A stretch of 28,198 bases of DNA from a virus (taxonomy: Duplodnaviria > Caudoviricetes). Below the pieces are notes generated by a model, which was not told where the DNA came from, searched no databases, and worked only from the letters and a program-made list of their open reading frames with translations. Shown one piece after another: positions 1 through 9,092 of the stretch. Positions within the stretch are counted from its first letter, which is position 1. Each line of letters starts with the position of its first letter. The translations under genes and the position numbers were made by a program. Where the stretch lies: positions 1-28,198 of IMG/VR virus record IMGVR_UViG_3300048575_000267; one strand, 5' to 3'.

Positions 1-115
1 TACGCCCAAGGGGCTTCGCTACGCGCGCGGGTCCCTCCGTGGCCTGTCGAACAGCACCTACAAGGGGGTCATTATTGGGCGCGTAACTGGGGTCACGGTT
101 GGAAGCGATTTGACA
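1..115. mobile_element. Terminus of an IS21-family insertion sequence (rest lies outside the window)
   Basis: Ends in TGACA (111-115), preceded by two tandem GGGGTCA-N3-TTGG-NN-GCG units (64-82, 89-108 with one extra spacer base). Multiple terminal repeats and TG...CA ends are typical of IS21. The phage tail ORF loses its expected continuation exactly at 115/116. Confidence 0.8.
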
Positions 116-701
116 CCAATTCGACCTGAAACTGCGGAATACGGTTCCCGAATGGCGTCAGGTCGAGGTCTTCAAACACGATATACGCCAGTCCGCGATA
201 GGCCGGTGTGTTTCCGGTGCCCTCGATCTCTTCGATCAAAGGATCGGCGGCTTGGGTCTTTGTGCCGTGGTAGAAGCGGATGGTGCACTTTGACACGTCG
301 AGCATGTTGCCGTCGGCCCAGATCCTGCCCAGCTTCGGCACGACGCCCTCGCACAGCCCGATCGCGACCGAAATCGAATAGCTGTAGGTCGTGACTTCCG
401 GACTCCCCCCCATGCCCTTGCCGCCGGAGGTCGATTCCGTCTCCTTGAAGCGCGTCGCCCAGATGACGTTTCCGGCAATGCGGCAATAGCCGTCAACACG
501 CGGGATTGAAGCGCCTTCGGTGGCGGTCTGGATATTGACGTCGCTAAGTCTCGGCCCCGTCTGCCCGGCTTGTGGGAACAGGATATTATTGTCGATATAG
601 CTGCCGGCGACCGTTGCAGCCGTCATAGCGGCGGCTTGCCAATACCAAGACATACCCTCGGTCCCATAGGTCGCGAGGGCCTGCAAAACCATCGTAGCCA
701 T
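93..701 (-). pseudogene. N-terminal ~195 aa of a GTA megatron-like tail-tip / host-specificity protein, truncated by the IS
   Basis: Starts MATMVLQ (ATG at 701 overlaps the NlpC stop). Motifs GPRL...TEGASIPRVDG..RIAGNVIWAT, YSYSISVAIGLCEG, RIWADG, PAYRGLAYIVFEDL..FGNRIPQ. These proteins are normally >1000 aa; here the frame stops inside the IS. Confidence 0.85.
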
Positions 702-1153
702 CAGGGAACCTCGAACGCAAAGGCGACCTTGCGGCGCCAGGCCATCGTGAACGCCTCTTCGCTGACACGCTTGTTCTGGCGCGCGTGAATGAGGCTTGGG
801 GCACCCTCTCGCTCCGCCAGGATGCCGCAATGCTTCGCGGGGCTGTCCTGGATCATGCGGAAGAGAACGACAGTGCCCAGCTTGGCTTCGGCGCCGGACC
901 GGATTGGATCGACGGGAATTTCCCGCAGATAGCGCGACAAGGTCTCGTACATGGTTTCGCGCCCCGTAGCCTCCGCCCAATCGGGCGAATACGGCGGTAG
1001 TGCTTCGGGCTCCAGGCCGATTAACTCGTGCCAGACGCCCCGCAGAAGCCCCAGGCAGTCGCATCCGACGCCTTTCAGGCTCGCTTGATGGATATAGGGC
1101 GTGCCGATCCAGCACCGCGCACAGGCGACAATGGCCTGCGGATCAGTTGCCAT
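701..1153 (-). CDS. Phage NlpC/P60-family cell-wall peptidase
   Basis: ARCWIGTPYIHQAS, GCDCLGLLRGVW (catalytic Cys), KHCGIL (His), IHA. Lies between DUF2163 and the tail-tip gene, as in RcGTA. Start MATDPQ at 1153. Confidence 0.92.
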   Translation of the reverse strand: MATDPQAIVACARCWIGTPYIHQASLKGVGCDCLGLLRGVWHELIGLEPEALPPYSPDWAEATGRETMYETLSRYLREIPVDPIRSGAEAKLGTVVLFRMIQDSPAKHCGILAEREGAPSLIHARQNKRVSEEAFTMAWRRKVAFAFEVP

Positions 1154-2036
1154 AGCGCGAACCTCCATCCAACGCCTGCGTCGAGGTCGGATAGCTGATG
1201 GTGGTGTCGTTCCCAGGGATGTACGGAAATCCCTGGAAATTCGCGGCATTGTTGAACTTCGCCTTGCAGGTGGCGAATGTCTTGTCGCAGCCCACGGTCA
1301 CCGTGAAGGTGTCGCCGGCCGATACGGCCTTCGGCATGGGTTGCCAAAGCTCGAACACCCCGGCGGACGCACCTTTGCCATAGCGTTTGACCTCCATAGC
1401 AAGGCCTGCATTGGCGCCCGTGACCCAAGTGAGTTTGCCGCCGGTAAACCAGGTGTCGGCGAACGAGGTCAGGCCGGACGCTGAGAACCGGCGTGCATCG
1501 ATCGCCGAAGTGACCGTTCCGTTACCTTTGAACGCGGCGGCATTGCAGTTGATGCCACACCGGCTATCGCCCACATCGGCGTCGCAATCATAGGCGTAAG
1601 CCCGCCCCACGGCGGCGGTCAGCTTTTGGGCCATGCCGCGCACTTCCGCCTGGAACGCGACTTTTCCCCGCTTAACCTCGCCGATGGACCCCTTGCGCAT
1701 CAACACGCGCTGGGCCGTGTTGGCCCAATTCACCCGCCAGACTTCAATGTCCGCGCCGTCATAAACGCCGGCGGTCAGATCGTCGTCCGTGAGATAATCG
1801 GAACTCAGCGCGCCGGTCACGTCGAGATTGTCGACCGACAGACCGAGGCCTGATTGGATTTGCGAGGCCGTGAAGCCGCTGGCGGCATAATAGGTAACGC
1901 CGGCGAAAGCGACATCGCCGTCGTGATCCGTGAAACCGCGAACCGTGCCGTCTTTCCGGGTCAGCTTCCAGCACCAGCAAAGCGTGGTGACGACCTGATC
2001 GATATGGGCGGCAAGTCCGCTGTCGAGCGTCTTCAT
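1143..2036 (-). CDS. DUF2163 / BR0599-family baseplate hub protein
   Basis: TTLCWCWKLTRKDG..GFTDHD, CDADVGDSRC, and the C-terminal GCDKTFATCKAKFNNAANFQGFPYIPG. Start MKTLD at 2036. Confidence 0.92.
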   Translation of the reverse strand: MKTLDSGLAAHIDQVVTTLCWCWKLTRKDGTVRGFTDHDGDVAFAGVTYYAASGFTASQIQSGLGLSVDNLDVTGALSSDYLTDDDLTAGVYDGADIEVWRVNWANTAQRVLMRKGSIGEVKRGKVAFQAEVRGMAQKLTAAVGRAYAYDCDADVGDSRCGINCNAAAFKGNGTVTSAIDARRFSASGLTSFADTWFTGGKLTWVTGANAGLAMEVKRYGKGASAGVFELWQPMPKAVSAGDTFTVTVGCDKTFATCKAKFNNAANFQGFPYIPGNDTTISYPTSTQALDGGSRYGN

Positions 2037-2623
2037 TCTGGCACCTCGACAAGATCGATTTGGGTCACGGTCTGCTGGTCGTAGTTTTCGACCTGGATCG
2101 GCAGGTGATCCATGTCGAAGCGCACCGGCACGTAAAACTGAAACGTCGCCGTCGGCGTTGTTCCCGGTGCCGCGGAAAATGTCACCAATCCGGTCAGGTA
2201 ATCGATGGATGCCGGCGTCACGACCGACCCGCTCACCTTCACAACCACCGACCCGCTCATGGGTTTGGTGATCGTGCGAATATGCTGACCGCCCCCAAGC
2301 GTGTAGCGTTTGACCAACTGATAGACGGTCGAACTGACCTGCACCATCTGCTGATCTGAGGCGTCGAAATCGGCCCAATCCTTGAACGGGAAGGAATAGG
2401 CGCGCCCCATCACCACACGAAAATGGGCGATCACCGCCGCCATCTGCGCGCGGGTGCGAATGCCGGTCCCGATATTGAACTTGCACTTCGCCTGTGCCCA
2501 ACAGATGTTGCGCTGCTCTTCGCCCGATCCGAGCGTAACCACATCGGTCAAGAACTGCGGGCCACCAGTGGCGCCCTTGGCGACAGCATCGGGGAATGGG
2601 ACGTTGATGAAGGGTGTCGTCAT
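2033..2623 (-). CDS. DUF2460 (TIGR02217-like) distal tail protein
   Basis: GATGGPQFLTDVVTLGSGEEQRN, FPFKDWADF, YQLVKRY, RTITKP, FYVPVRFD. Follows the tape measure gene. Confidence 0.92.
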   Translation of the reverse strand: MTTPFINVPFPDAVAKGATGGPQFLTDVVTLGSGEEQRNICWAQAKCKFNIGTGIRTRAQMAAVIAHFRVVMGRAYSFPFKDWADFDASDQQMVQVSSTVYQLVKRYTLGGGQHIRTITKPMSGSVVVKVSGSVVTPASIDYLTGLVTFSAAPGTTPTATFQFYVPVRFDMDHLPIQVENYDQQTVTQIDLVEVPE

Positions 2624-2627
2624 CGGC

Positions 2628-5600
2628 TCACATCCTCCGCGCAGCAGAACGAATGCTGCGGACCAAAGACGTCATCGTTTGCCCTTTGCTGGCCTGGAAA
2701 GCCCGCGGGTTCGGCGTCTGGATGTTTTGGGTCACATAGAGTGGGCGGTTTTCGTCCGCGTTGTAACGGCGTGTTTCCGCACGATTCAGCACGCGCTCTC
2801 CGGTCTGGGCGACAATCACGCGCTCATCGGGATTGAGGTAGAGTCCGTCGTGGGCGCGCGGCGCGAAGCGAATGACGTTCGCCGGCAGCATGCGATTGTC
2901 GTTCGAGAAGCCGACCATGTTGCCGGTGTGATGCGTTCCGGCCGCAACCGTGCCGCTGCTGCCGAGGATTTCGCCGAAAATGCCGCCGACGCTGCTCATC
3001 GTCGGCTGATTGGTCCCGAACACGGCATTTTTGATCGGGTTAATCACCGCCAGCTTCAGCATCTCGCTTTCAATGTCCTTCAGGGCACTGAGACCGGCTT
3101 GTGCGAAGCTGTTCCAATCGTACTTCCCTGACGTGATGAAATCGGACCAGGTGCTGGCGACGCTGTCGAAGGTGCTTTCCAGTTCCCCACGCGAGGCCTG
3201 GGCAAGCTGCAAGTCCTGGTTCAAGCGTTCGATTTCGCCAGCGTTGGCAATGATCTTCTTGCCTTCCTCGCTGTTGATGTCGACGCCCTGTTGCAGAAGC
3301 TGTTGCTTGGTGCGCAGCTGCGCGAGTTCGACGGCGCGCTCCTTTTCGCTCGCGCCTTGCAGCGCAATCTCCTTCTTCGCCAGTTCGATTTGATCGCTCT
3401 GGCTGGAAAGCGTGCGAAGAGCCTGATTGCGATGCGCTTCGTCGTTGTCGTTTGCGATCGCACCCGGCAGCTTGTCGATGACCTTCTGAAGCGCTTCCGC
3501 CTCTTTGGTGTAGCCCTGGGCAAGCGCGAGCGCCTTGGCGATACGGAGGTTGGCGAGCGCCACTTCAATTTGCATCTGCTCGTTGGCATCGCCGATCTTC
3601 AACGTGCCGGCAGAAAGCGCGTCGTTGACCTTTTTCTGGGCCTCCGCATGCATGCCGAGTTGAGAAATCTGCTTGGCGCCAGCCGCGTATTCCTGAGCGA
3701 TCTGCTCGCCCAGAAGCTGGCGGGTACGCATCTCGACATTGACGCCATCCTGGAACGCTTCGGCCGCGGCTTTGGCACGCGCCTCCATCACCATGCCGGC
3801 CGCGGCATTCTTCAGGTAGCCGTCCCCTGCCGACATGGCCGCATTCCGGCTCATGTTGAGCTGGATGGTTTGTTCGGCAATCTGGCGGGACGCCTGGGCG
3901 TAAACCAGCGCCGATGCCTGCTGCTCGCGTCGCAACTCTTCTTGCTTGGTCAGAACGGCGCCGGACAGGTTCAAGCGGGTTTGCAGGGCCGCATCATTGG
4001 CGCGCGAGGCCACGCTGAAATGCTTCAGCGACTCGATTTGCAGACTGGTCGCGGATTCGGCTTTCTGATTATCGTTCAGATACGTCGAGGTGGCCCGGTC
4101 GAGGCGGTTGTACGCCTCCGTGGCCAGATCCGCCGACACGCCGAGCATTCCCAACGCCTGTTTGTTCGACACCAGTTTTCCCAGCAATTCGGTGCTGGTG
4201 GAGAGGTTGAACTGTTCTTCAAATCCAGGCGTTGCCTTGCGCACGACCGGACCGGCGAGATTGGACAGCGTCTGCGATTCCTGCTGAGACCGGTCAGCCG
4301 CTGCCTTCTTGTCCGCGGCCGAAAGTTCGGCGGCATGGTCAGCCTCGTACTTCCTGAGCTGGTCTTCCTCATAGGCGCCGGAACCGCCAAGACGCTTCGC
4401 AGCCGCGACCTCTTCCTCCAGCATCATGCGCTGTTCTTCGGGAGACTTTTGACGGAAGCCGTCGGCCCATTCGGCCCACTGCTGCTTGACATACCGCCAC
4501 GCATCGCCGAGCGAGATGGTCTTGTCGGTCATGTCCTTGGTGCTGTCGGAAAGCCCACGCTGGATTTCCTGCTGCGCCTTGCTGTACGCACCCTGGGCGA
4601 TCAGCGTCCGGACATATTGGGCCGTCTTGTCACTGAGACCGCCGACACTGCCGAGCAATTCGAGGCCGGCCTTGGACGGGTCCTTGAAGGCGGCGGTCAA
4701 CTTTTCGCGCGCCTTGTCCGGGTCTTCGTCCATTACCCGCCAATACTGTTCCCACAGCTTGGTCAGACCGACGATGTTTTCTTTCCCGATAACGCCCGTC
4801 TGAGCAAACGCCACGGCCGTGTCGCGGGCGGCTCCGACCGTCGAAAATCCGGCCTGAGAAGCCTGCCGCGACATGGCAGCGAGTTCGCCGGCGGTCGCGC
4901 CGGAGGCCTTGCCGAGCCCTTCCGTCGCGGCTTCGAGCTGCCGCGACGCCTGCCAGTTCGTGTACATGACGGTGGCCGCCGCCGCGCCGACGCCGATCAG
5001 GGCACCGCTGAGAAGCACCGTCGGCGAAAGCAAATCCATCAACGTCGTGCCGACCGCCTTCAGCGCGCCGGTGACGCCCATGCCGGTGCCGGCGAACACC
5101 TGATAGATCTGCCCGCCTTGCTGGGTCAGGATCGACAGCGGCTTCTGCCCCATGGCGAGCCCGCTGATCACGTCGTTCATCTGGAACGTCAGGTTCGAGA
5201 TCTGGAACGAGTTGAGCCGCGCTTCCGTCGTCATCTTGCCGATCGACTTGGCCGTCACGTCGTAGGACCGCTGTGCCTGGGCGACCGCAACGGCGTGCTG
5301 TTCCACCGTGATCTTGTCCGCCTTCAGCAATTCGTCGGCGTTGGCGATCTCCGCCGCCAGACGCGCCTGGGCGGTACCGAGCGGGTCGATCCGGGCCTTC
5401 AATTGCGCCGCCCGCTCGTCGAGCGAGGCCATCGCTTTGGCCTGTTCATCGAATACGGTCGCCGACTCTTTGGCCGACTTCGACGGCACGCCGATCCCCA
5501 TCGCCGCGTTGAGGGTCGTCTGAAAGTCCTGCCCGATCTGAGCCGCCTTCTGGCGGGCGATTTCGTCGAGGTCCGCGAACTGGGCCTCGAACGCCGCCGC

Positions 5601-5972
5601 AGAATCCTTCGCCGACGACGCCGTCGCACCGATGCCGTAGGACGCGTTCAGTCCGCTTTGCGTCGCCATCTGCATCTGCGCCTGTTTCTGCGCCGACACG
5701 ATCGCGTCTTGTTCGGCTTTGAGGCGCTGCAGCGTCTTGTCGAAATCGGTCGCAGTGGTGACGCCGCCGCCGCTCTTGCCGAAGGTCTGGAAAACCGCAG
5801 CGGACTCCTTCGCCGACTTGGTGAGGTTTCCGACCGACGAACCGGCGCCGTCGAAGGCACGACCGATATTGTCGGCCGCGCCCTCGCCCTTCTGTTCGAT
5901 GTCGTCGAAATCGCGCGCGATCTCGGCCTTGCCGTCGAGACCGATGCGGATCGAATACTGGCGATTGGTCAT
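2628..5972 (-). CDS. Tail tape measure protein
   Basis: 1114 aa, Ala/Gln-rich and helical. Lambda-type TMP motif NLTFQMNDVISGLAMGQKPLSILTQQGGQI; C-terminal HDG..PDER..AQTGERVL. Lies directly after the chaperone pair. Confidence 0.93.
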   Translation of the reverse strand: MTNRQYSIRIGLDGKAEIARDFDDIEQKGEGAADNIGRAFDGAGSSVGNLTKSAKESAAVFQTFGKSGGGVTTATDFDKTLQRLKAEQDAIVSAQKQAQMQMATQSGLNASYGIGATASSAKDSAAAFEAQFADLDEIARQKAAQIGQDFQTTLNAAMGIGVPSKSAKESATVFDEQAKAMASLDERAAQLKARIDPLGTAQARLAAEIANADELLKADKITVEQHAVAVAQAQRSYDVTAKSIGKMTTEARLNSFQISNLTFQMNDVISGLAMGQKPLSILTQQGGQIYQVFAGTGMGVTGALKAVGTTLMDLLSPTVLLSGALIGVGAAAATVMYTNWQASRQLEAATEGLGKASGATAGELAAMSRQASQAGFSTVGAARDTAVAFAQTGVIGKENIVGLTKLWEQYWRVMDEDPDKAREKLTAAFKDPSKAGLELLGSVGGLSDKTAQYVRTLIAQGAYSKAQQEIQRGLSDSTKDMTDKTISLGDAWRYVKQQWAEWADGFRQKSPEEQRMMLEEEVAAAKRLGGSGAYEEDQLRKYEADHAAELSAADKKAAADRSQQESQTLSNLAGPVVRKATPGFEEQFNLSTSTELLGKLVSNKQALGMLGVSADLATEAYNRLDRATSTYLNDNQKAESATSLQIESLKHFSVASRANDAALQTRLNLSGAVLTKQEELRREQQASALVYAQASRQIAEQTIQLNMSRNAAMSAGDGYLKNAAAGMVMEARAKAAAEAFQDGVNVEMRTRQLLGEQIAQEYAAGAKQISQLGMHAEAQKKVNDALSAGTLKIGDANEQMQIEVALANLRIAKALALAQGYTKEAEALQKVIDKLPGAIANDNDEAHRNQALRTLSSQSDQIELAKKEIALQGASEKERAVELAQLRTKQQLLQQGVDINSEEGKKIIANAGEIERLNQDLQLAQASRGELESTFDSVASTWSDFITSGKYDWNSFAQAGLSALKDIESEMLKLAVINPIKNAVFGTNQPTMSSVGGIFGEILGSSGTVAAGTHHTGNMVGFSNDNRMLPANVIRFAPRAHDGLYLNPDERVIVAQTGERVLNRAETRRYNADENRPLYVTQNIQTPNPRAFQASKGQTMTSLVRSIRSAARRM

Positions 5973-6337
5973 GCTTCAGCTTCCGCGCGATGCGAACGGA
6001 CCAGGATGCCTTCGATGTCGGGAAGAAGATCGGCGATGAGCGCAACAGGTGCGCCGATCGCCCGGGCATAGGCAAGAACGGCGCCGAAATCGACGCCGTA
6101 GGTATCGGTGCGGCTGGCGATGCCGCCGCCGGGTAGCGCAACGAGTTCGGAAGCCCGGCGCACCTGCCCGTTGATGCGGCGGATCACTTCCCAGGCCGCC
6201 GCCCCGTCCGGCGTTCTCGGACGGCTTACGACGTAAGGGCACTCGGGGCAGCTTCGGCCGCGGGTTTGCCGACAACCTTGGCAGTACGCTCGGCCCTCAG
6301 CGAAGTGGTGTTCCGCGAGGGCGAGGATGCGTTTTTT
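5969..6337 (-). CDS. gpT-like C-terminal extension of the tail assembly chaperone, reached by -1 frameshift
   Basis: The -1 frame from the A-AAA-AAC site (6331-6337) reads KRILALAEHHF..YCQGC..CPECPY..AAWEVIRR. Its stop overlaps the TMP ATG, and it has no convincing start of its own. Confidence 0.75.
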   Translation of the reverse strand, partial: KKRILALAEHHFAEGRAYCQGCRQTRGRSCPECPYVVSRPRTPDGAAAWEVIRRINGQVRRASELVALPGGGIASRTDTYGVDFGAVLAYARAIGAPVALIADLLPDIEGILVRSHRAEAEA

Positions 6338-6771
6338 TCGTCGTCCTCGATCAACGCCGGCCCGACGTAGTGGCGATCGATGAAATCGTAGACGCGCTGC
6401 TTTTGCATCACAGCACGCACGGCCGCTTCGCTCGGCGCGATCGGCTTCTTGTTCGGTCCGCCGACGCCTTCCCATTGGATAATGCCTTCGACGGCGAGAT
6501 AGGTCGTGTATTCCGCTTCCGCCGCCGCCGTGATCTTGGGATGGGCCAGCAGGAACTTACCCGCCTCCTCCGGATCGTCGGGAATTTGCAACCCGAGATC
6601 CTCAATCAGCTTCTGCCGCGACCGCGCCGCCGCCGTCCGCGCGGCGAGTTTCATCGCCACCGTGATCGGCCGGACGAACACCTTGAAGCCGGGAATGGAC
6701 CGCAACGGCGGAGCGAGCTTGGACGCATCGAGCCAGAAAGGCTTCGGCGTTTCGGTTGAGACGATGAGCAT
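6226..6771 (-). CDS. Tail assembly chaperone (gpG-like)
   Basis: AAGGA RBS before ATG 6771; IIQWEGVG motif; DDEKN at the slippery site; position upstream of the TMP. Confidence 0.8.
   Translation of the reverse strand: MLIVSTETPKPFWLDASKLAPPLRSIPGFKVFVRPITVAMKLAARTAAARSRQKLIEDLGLQIPDDPEEAGKFLLAHPKITAAAEAEYTTYLAVEGIIQWEGVGGPNKKPIAPSEAAVRAVMQKQRVYDFIDRHYVGPALIEDDEKNASSPSRNTTSLRAERTAKVVGKPAAEAAPSALTS
6331..6337 (-). other. Programmed -1 ribosomal frameshift heptamer A AAA AAC
   Basis: In-frame GAA AAA AAC fits X XXY YYZ; the -1 frame stays open to the TMP start. Confidence 0.8.
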
Positions 6772-7157
6772 GGGAGATTCCTTTTTTTGGAGCGGATGGG
6801 GCAAAGTTCTGGCCTGCGGCCTGACGTGCGTCGGGGCGAATTCTTCAAGGGCCATCGGTAGAAGAGCAGTTCAGTGCCAACGGCACCGTGGGAGTGAAAA
6901 TGCCACTGAAATGGGGATGCAATGTAATCTGGACAAGTCCCGCACATTTGACCTGTCGCATCGGGCTAGAAACGAAGCCGCCAAACCATGTACCGTAGTC
7001 CGGGTTACATCCAGTTCCGGCCGTTCCCAGTCACGCAGGAATCCGACTTACGCCACTTCCGGTCATAGCCTGGAATGATCTCCAGCCTACGCGTTGACGG
7101 CTGGAGTGCGAACCCTCGATCTGCCGGTATTCCGCAATCAAAGCATCGTTTTACCGC

Positions 7158-7202
7158 TCGACACTACGAAACCATGGACGCATTATAATCTGGGTAGGGG
7201 GA
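7158..7202 (+). promoter_or_regulatory. Sigma70-like promoter and RBS of the moron gene
   Basis: TCGACA (7158-63) with CATTAT 17 bp downstream, an overlapping perfect TATAAT (7184-89), and GGGGGA before ATG 7207. Confidence 0.5.
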
Positions 7203-7206
7203 TGCG

Positions 7207-8937
7207 ATGGGGGATTTAATTACTTGGCTTCGGCCATGGATGACCAATCTGGCCGGTGCGGTTTGCGCAACGGTGTGGCTGATCTACTTCACGCGCGCGG
7301 CGTTCGACAAGAACTGGCGGCAGCGGAAGATCGAGGCACTCCAAGGCGAGACGTTCCTTCATTACCGCCAGGGTTTGCGCAACGGGCTAGTCTGGCTTTC
7401 GCGGCTAATCGGCGATGACAATGCCCCGCGGCCGCTGGCCTGGAGCGCGCAAAGCTACTTCGTCTGTCTTGGGCTGGCGGTGTTCTATCCACTCTATTTC
7501 ATGATCGGAACGTGGGCTTTGGCGCACGGCCCGGGGCGCTATGCGAGCCTCGTGTTTCTGCCGGACGATGCTCCGGAATGGAAACGTCTGATGTTGCTCT
7601 TTTTACCGGTGATTGTCGCAGTTTCAGCGTATTCGACCTTGAGGCTTTTGCGTTTTTGGAGATCGTTCGATGGAGCCATCTGGATAGGTATACAAATCAG
7701 CGCTCTATTTGTCGCCGGCGCTTTGGCACTTTTTGGTGCCTTTACTGGCGTCTACGCTATCGCGTTCGTGCTTACATTTTTTTCAGCATTCGCTGTCTTT
7801 TGCGCTGGCACCTTAGATACCGATGGTAACGAACGTGCCACTACCGTCTTTGTGTTCGTCCTTCCTTTTGTTGTCGCCATCACGCTTGCTTTTGCTACTG
7901 CTTTTGCTGACCAGTTTGCCTTTATCTATGCGTTTTTGGGTGCTGGCTATATCACCGGCAGTGTTGTTTTGGCTGGCGCACTTGCCGGTATATATGCCGA
8001 CCGTCGAGCAAAGGGTGGGGGCCTAGTTTTGCTTTTTGCCCTAATCGCGCCCGTTACTGCCTTTTGCCTTTCAGGTTTTGATGGTCATCTCAGCATAAAC
8101 CTGTACCACGTCCATAAGTATATTGGAGAGGCGGCGCCACTGGTCGTTTTCTTCGCGCTCTTGCCTGCCGTAAACGCCTCGATGGATTGGGTTTCGCTTG
8201 GCTTCACCCGCCGCATTGTCGGATGGATCGCCGGGCAGTCCACCGAAGGTATCGACTACCTTGAAAAAGGGTTGGGTGGGTATCTCGAAGCGGTGCTGAT
8301 CCTGGTCAACATCGTCCTCGCCCTACTTCTTGCCGGCCTTGTGGTCCTCACGACTATTGCCGGTGTGGCACTGTTCGACCGCTTGCATGTCCTTAGCGGC
8401 CATGTCATTGGCGGTGACGCTCATTTCTACAATGTGGCCCGGACCATCCGCGACATCGCCGCAGATCCCTCAGATCGGCAATACTGGTGGCTCTATGGGA
8501 TGATGTTCTGGACGCTCGTCCCGACCTTGTTCCATACGGTCTCCTTTATCCGCGCTGTGATCGCCAACAACACCAAGGGCTCGGTCGGGCGGTTCCTGGC
8601 CGCTCGGCTCGGCTCGCGCAATCCGCTGACGCGTGTTGTGGTGGCGCCCATTGCCTTGACGGCGTTCGACGTGATCGGCGTGCCGCTGTTTCTCGCCTTT
8701 CCGCTTATCGCAGCTTGGTCGCTTGTGCGGTGGGCGTTTCCTCGGCTTGATTTTTCCGGGGCCACGGGTGCCGCTGCCAAACTGATCTACGACACCTCGC
8801 TTGTGATTGCCGACACCATCGCCACCGCGAGCTATGCAGACATCTTGATTCGTGCAGGGGGCTTGCTCACTCTGGCGCTCGTTCTCGCTGTTTTCGCCTT
8901 TCGGAAAAAGGATTCCTCGGCGCCGGTAGCGGATTGA
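7207..8937 (+). CDS. Multi-pass integral membrane protein of unknown function (moron, antisense to the late operon)
   Basis: 576-aa ORF with many hydrophobic segments; own promoter and RBS; inserted between tail tube and chaperone genes; T-rich central third. Confidence 0.85.
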   Translation: MGDLITWLRPWMTNLAGAVCATVWLIYFTRAAFDKNWRQRKIEALQGETFLHYRQGLRNGLVWLSRLIGDDNAPRPLAWSAQSYFVCLGLAVFYPLYFMIGTWALAHGPGRYASLVFLPDDAPEWKRLMLLFLPVIVAVSAYSTLRLLRFWRSFDGAIWIGIQISALFVAGALALFGAFTGVYAIAFVLTFFSAFAVFCAGTLDTDGNERATTVFVFVLPFVVAITLAFATAFADQFAFIYAFLGAGYITGSVVLAGALAGIYADRRAKGGGLVLLFALIAPVTAFCLSGFDGHLSINLYHVHKYIGEAAPLVVFFALLPAVNASMDWVSLGFTRRIVGWIAGQSTEGIDYLEKGLGGYLEAVLILVNIVLALLLAGLVVLTTIAGVALFDRLHVLSGHVIGGDAHFYNVARTIRDIAADPSDRQYWWLYGMMFWTLVPTLFHTVSFIRAVIANNTKGSVGRFLAARLGSRNPLTRVVVAPIALTAFDVIGVPLFLAFPLIAAWSLVRWAFPRLDFSGATGAAAKLIYDTSLVIADTIATASYADILIRAGGLLTLALVLAVFAFRKKDSSAPVAD

Positions 8938-9092
8938 ACTCTGCACCGCTAGGGAAGGTCTTAAGTGGGCGCAACCCGGAAGTAGATCAAAAGTACGGAG
9001 TCCGCTCCGAACCTTCTGTTCCCAACTTGCGCCTCATTCGCAGATAAAATTGTCGCTCCGGATGGCGATATTTCGCGATTCTAGATTTTGGC

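Noticed and set aside
3291-6071. 926-aa plus-strand ORF (likewise 14021-15616 and 19604-21811)
   Set aside because: Antisense shadows of GC-rich real genes; no recognisable motifs.
6790-7150. Short ORFs between the chaperone and the moron
   Set aside because: No frame has a credible RBS, start and length.
7580-8130. Diversity-generating retroelement variable region
   Set aside because: No template repeat or reverse transcriptase in the window.
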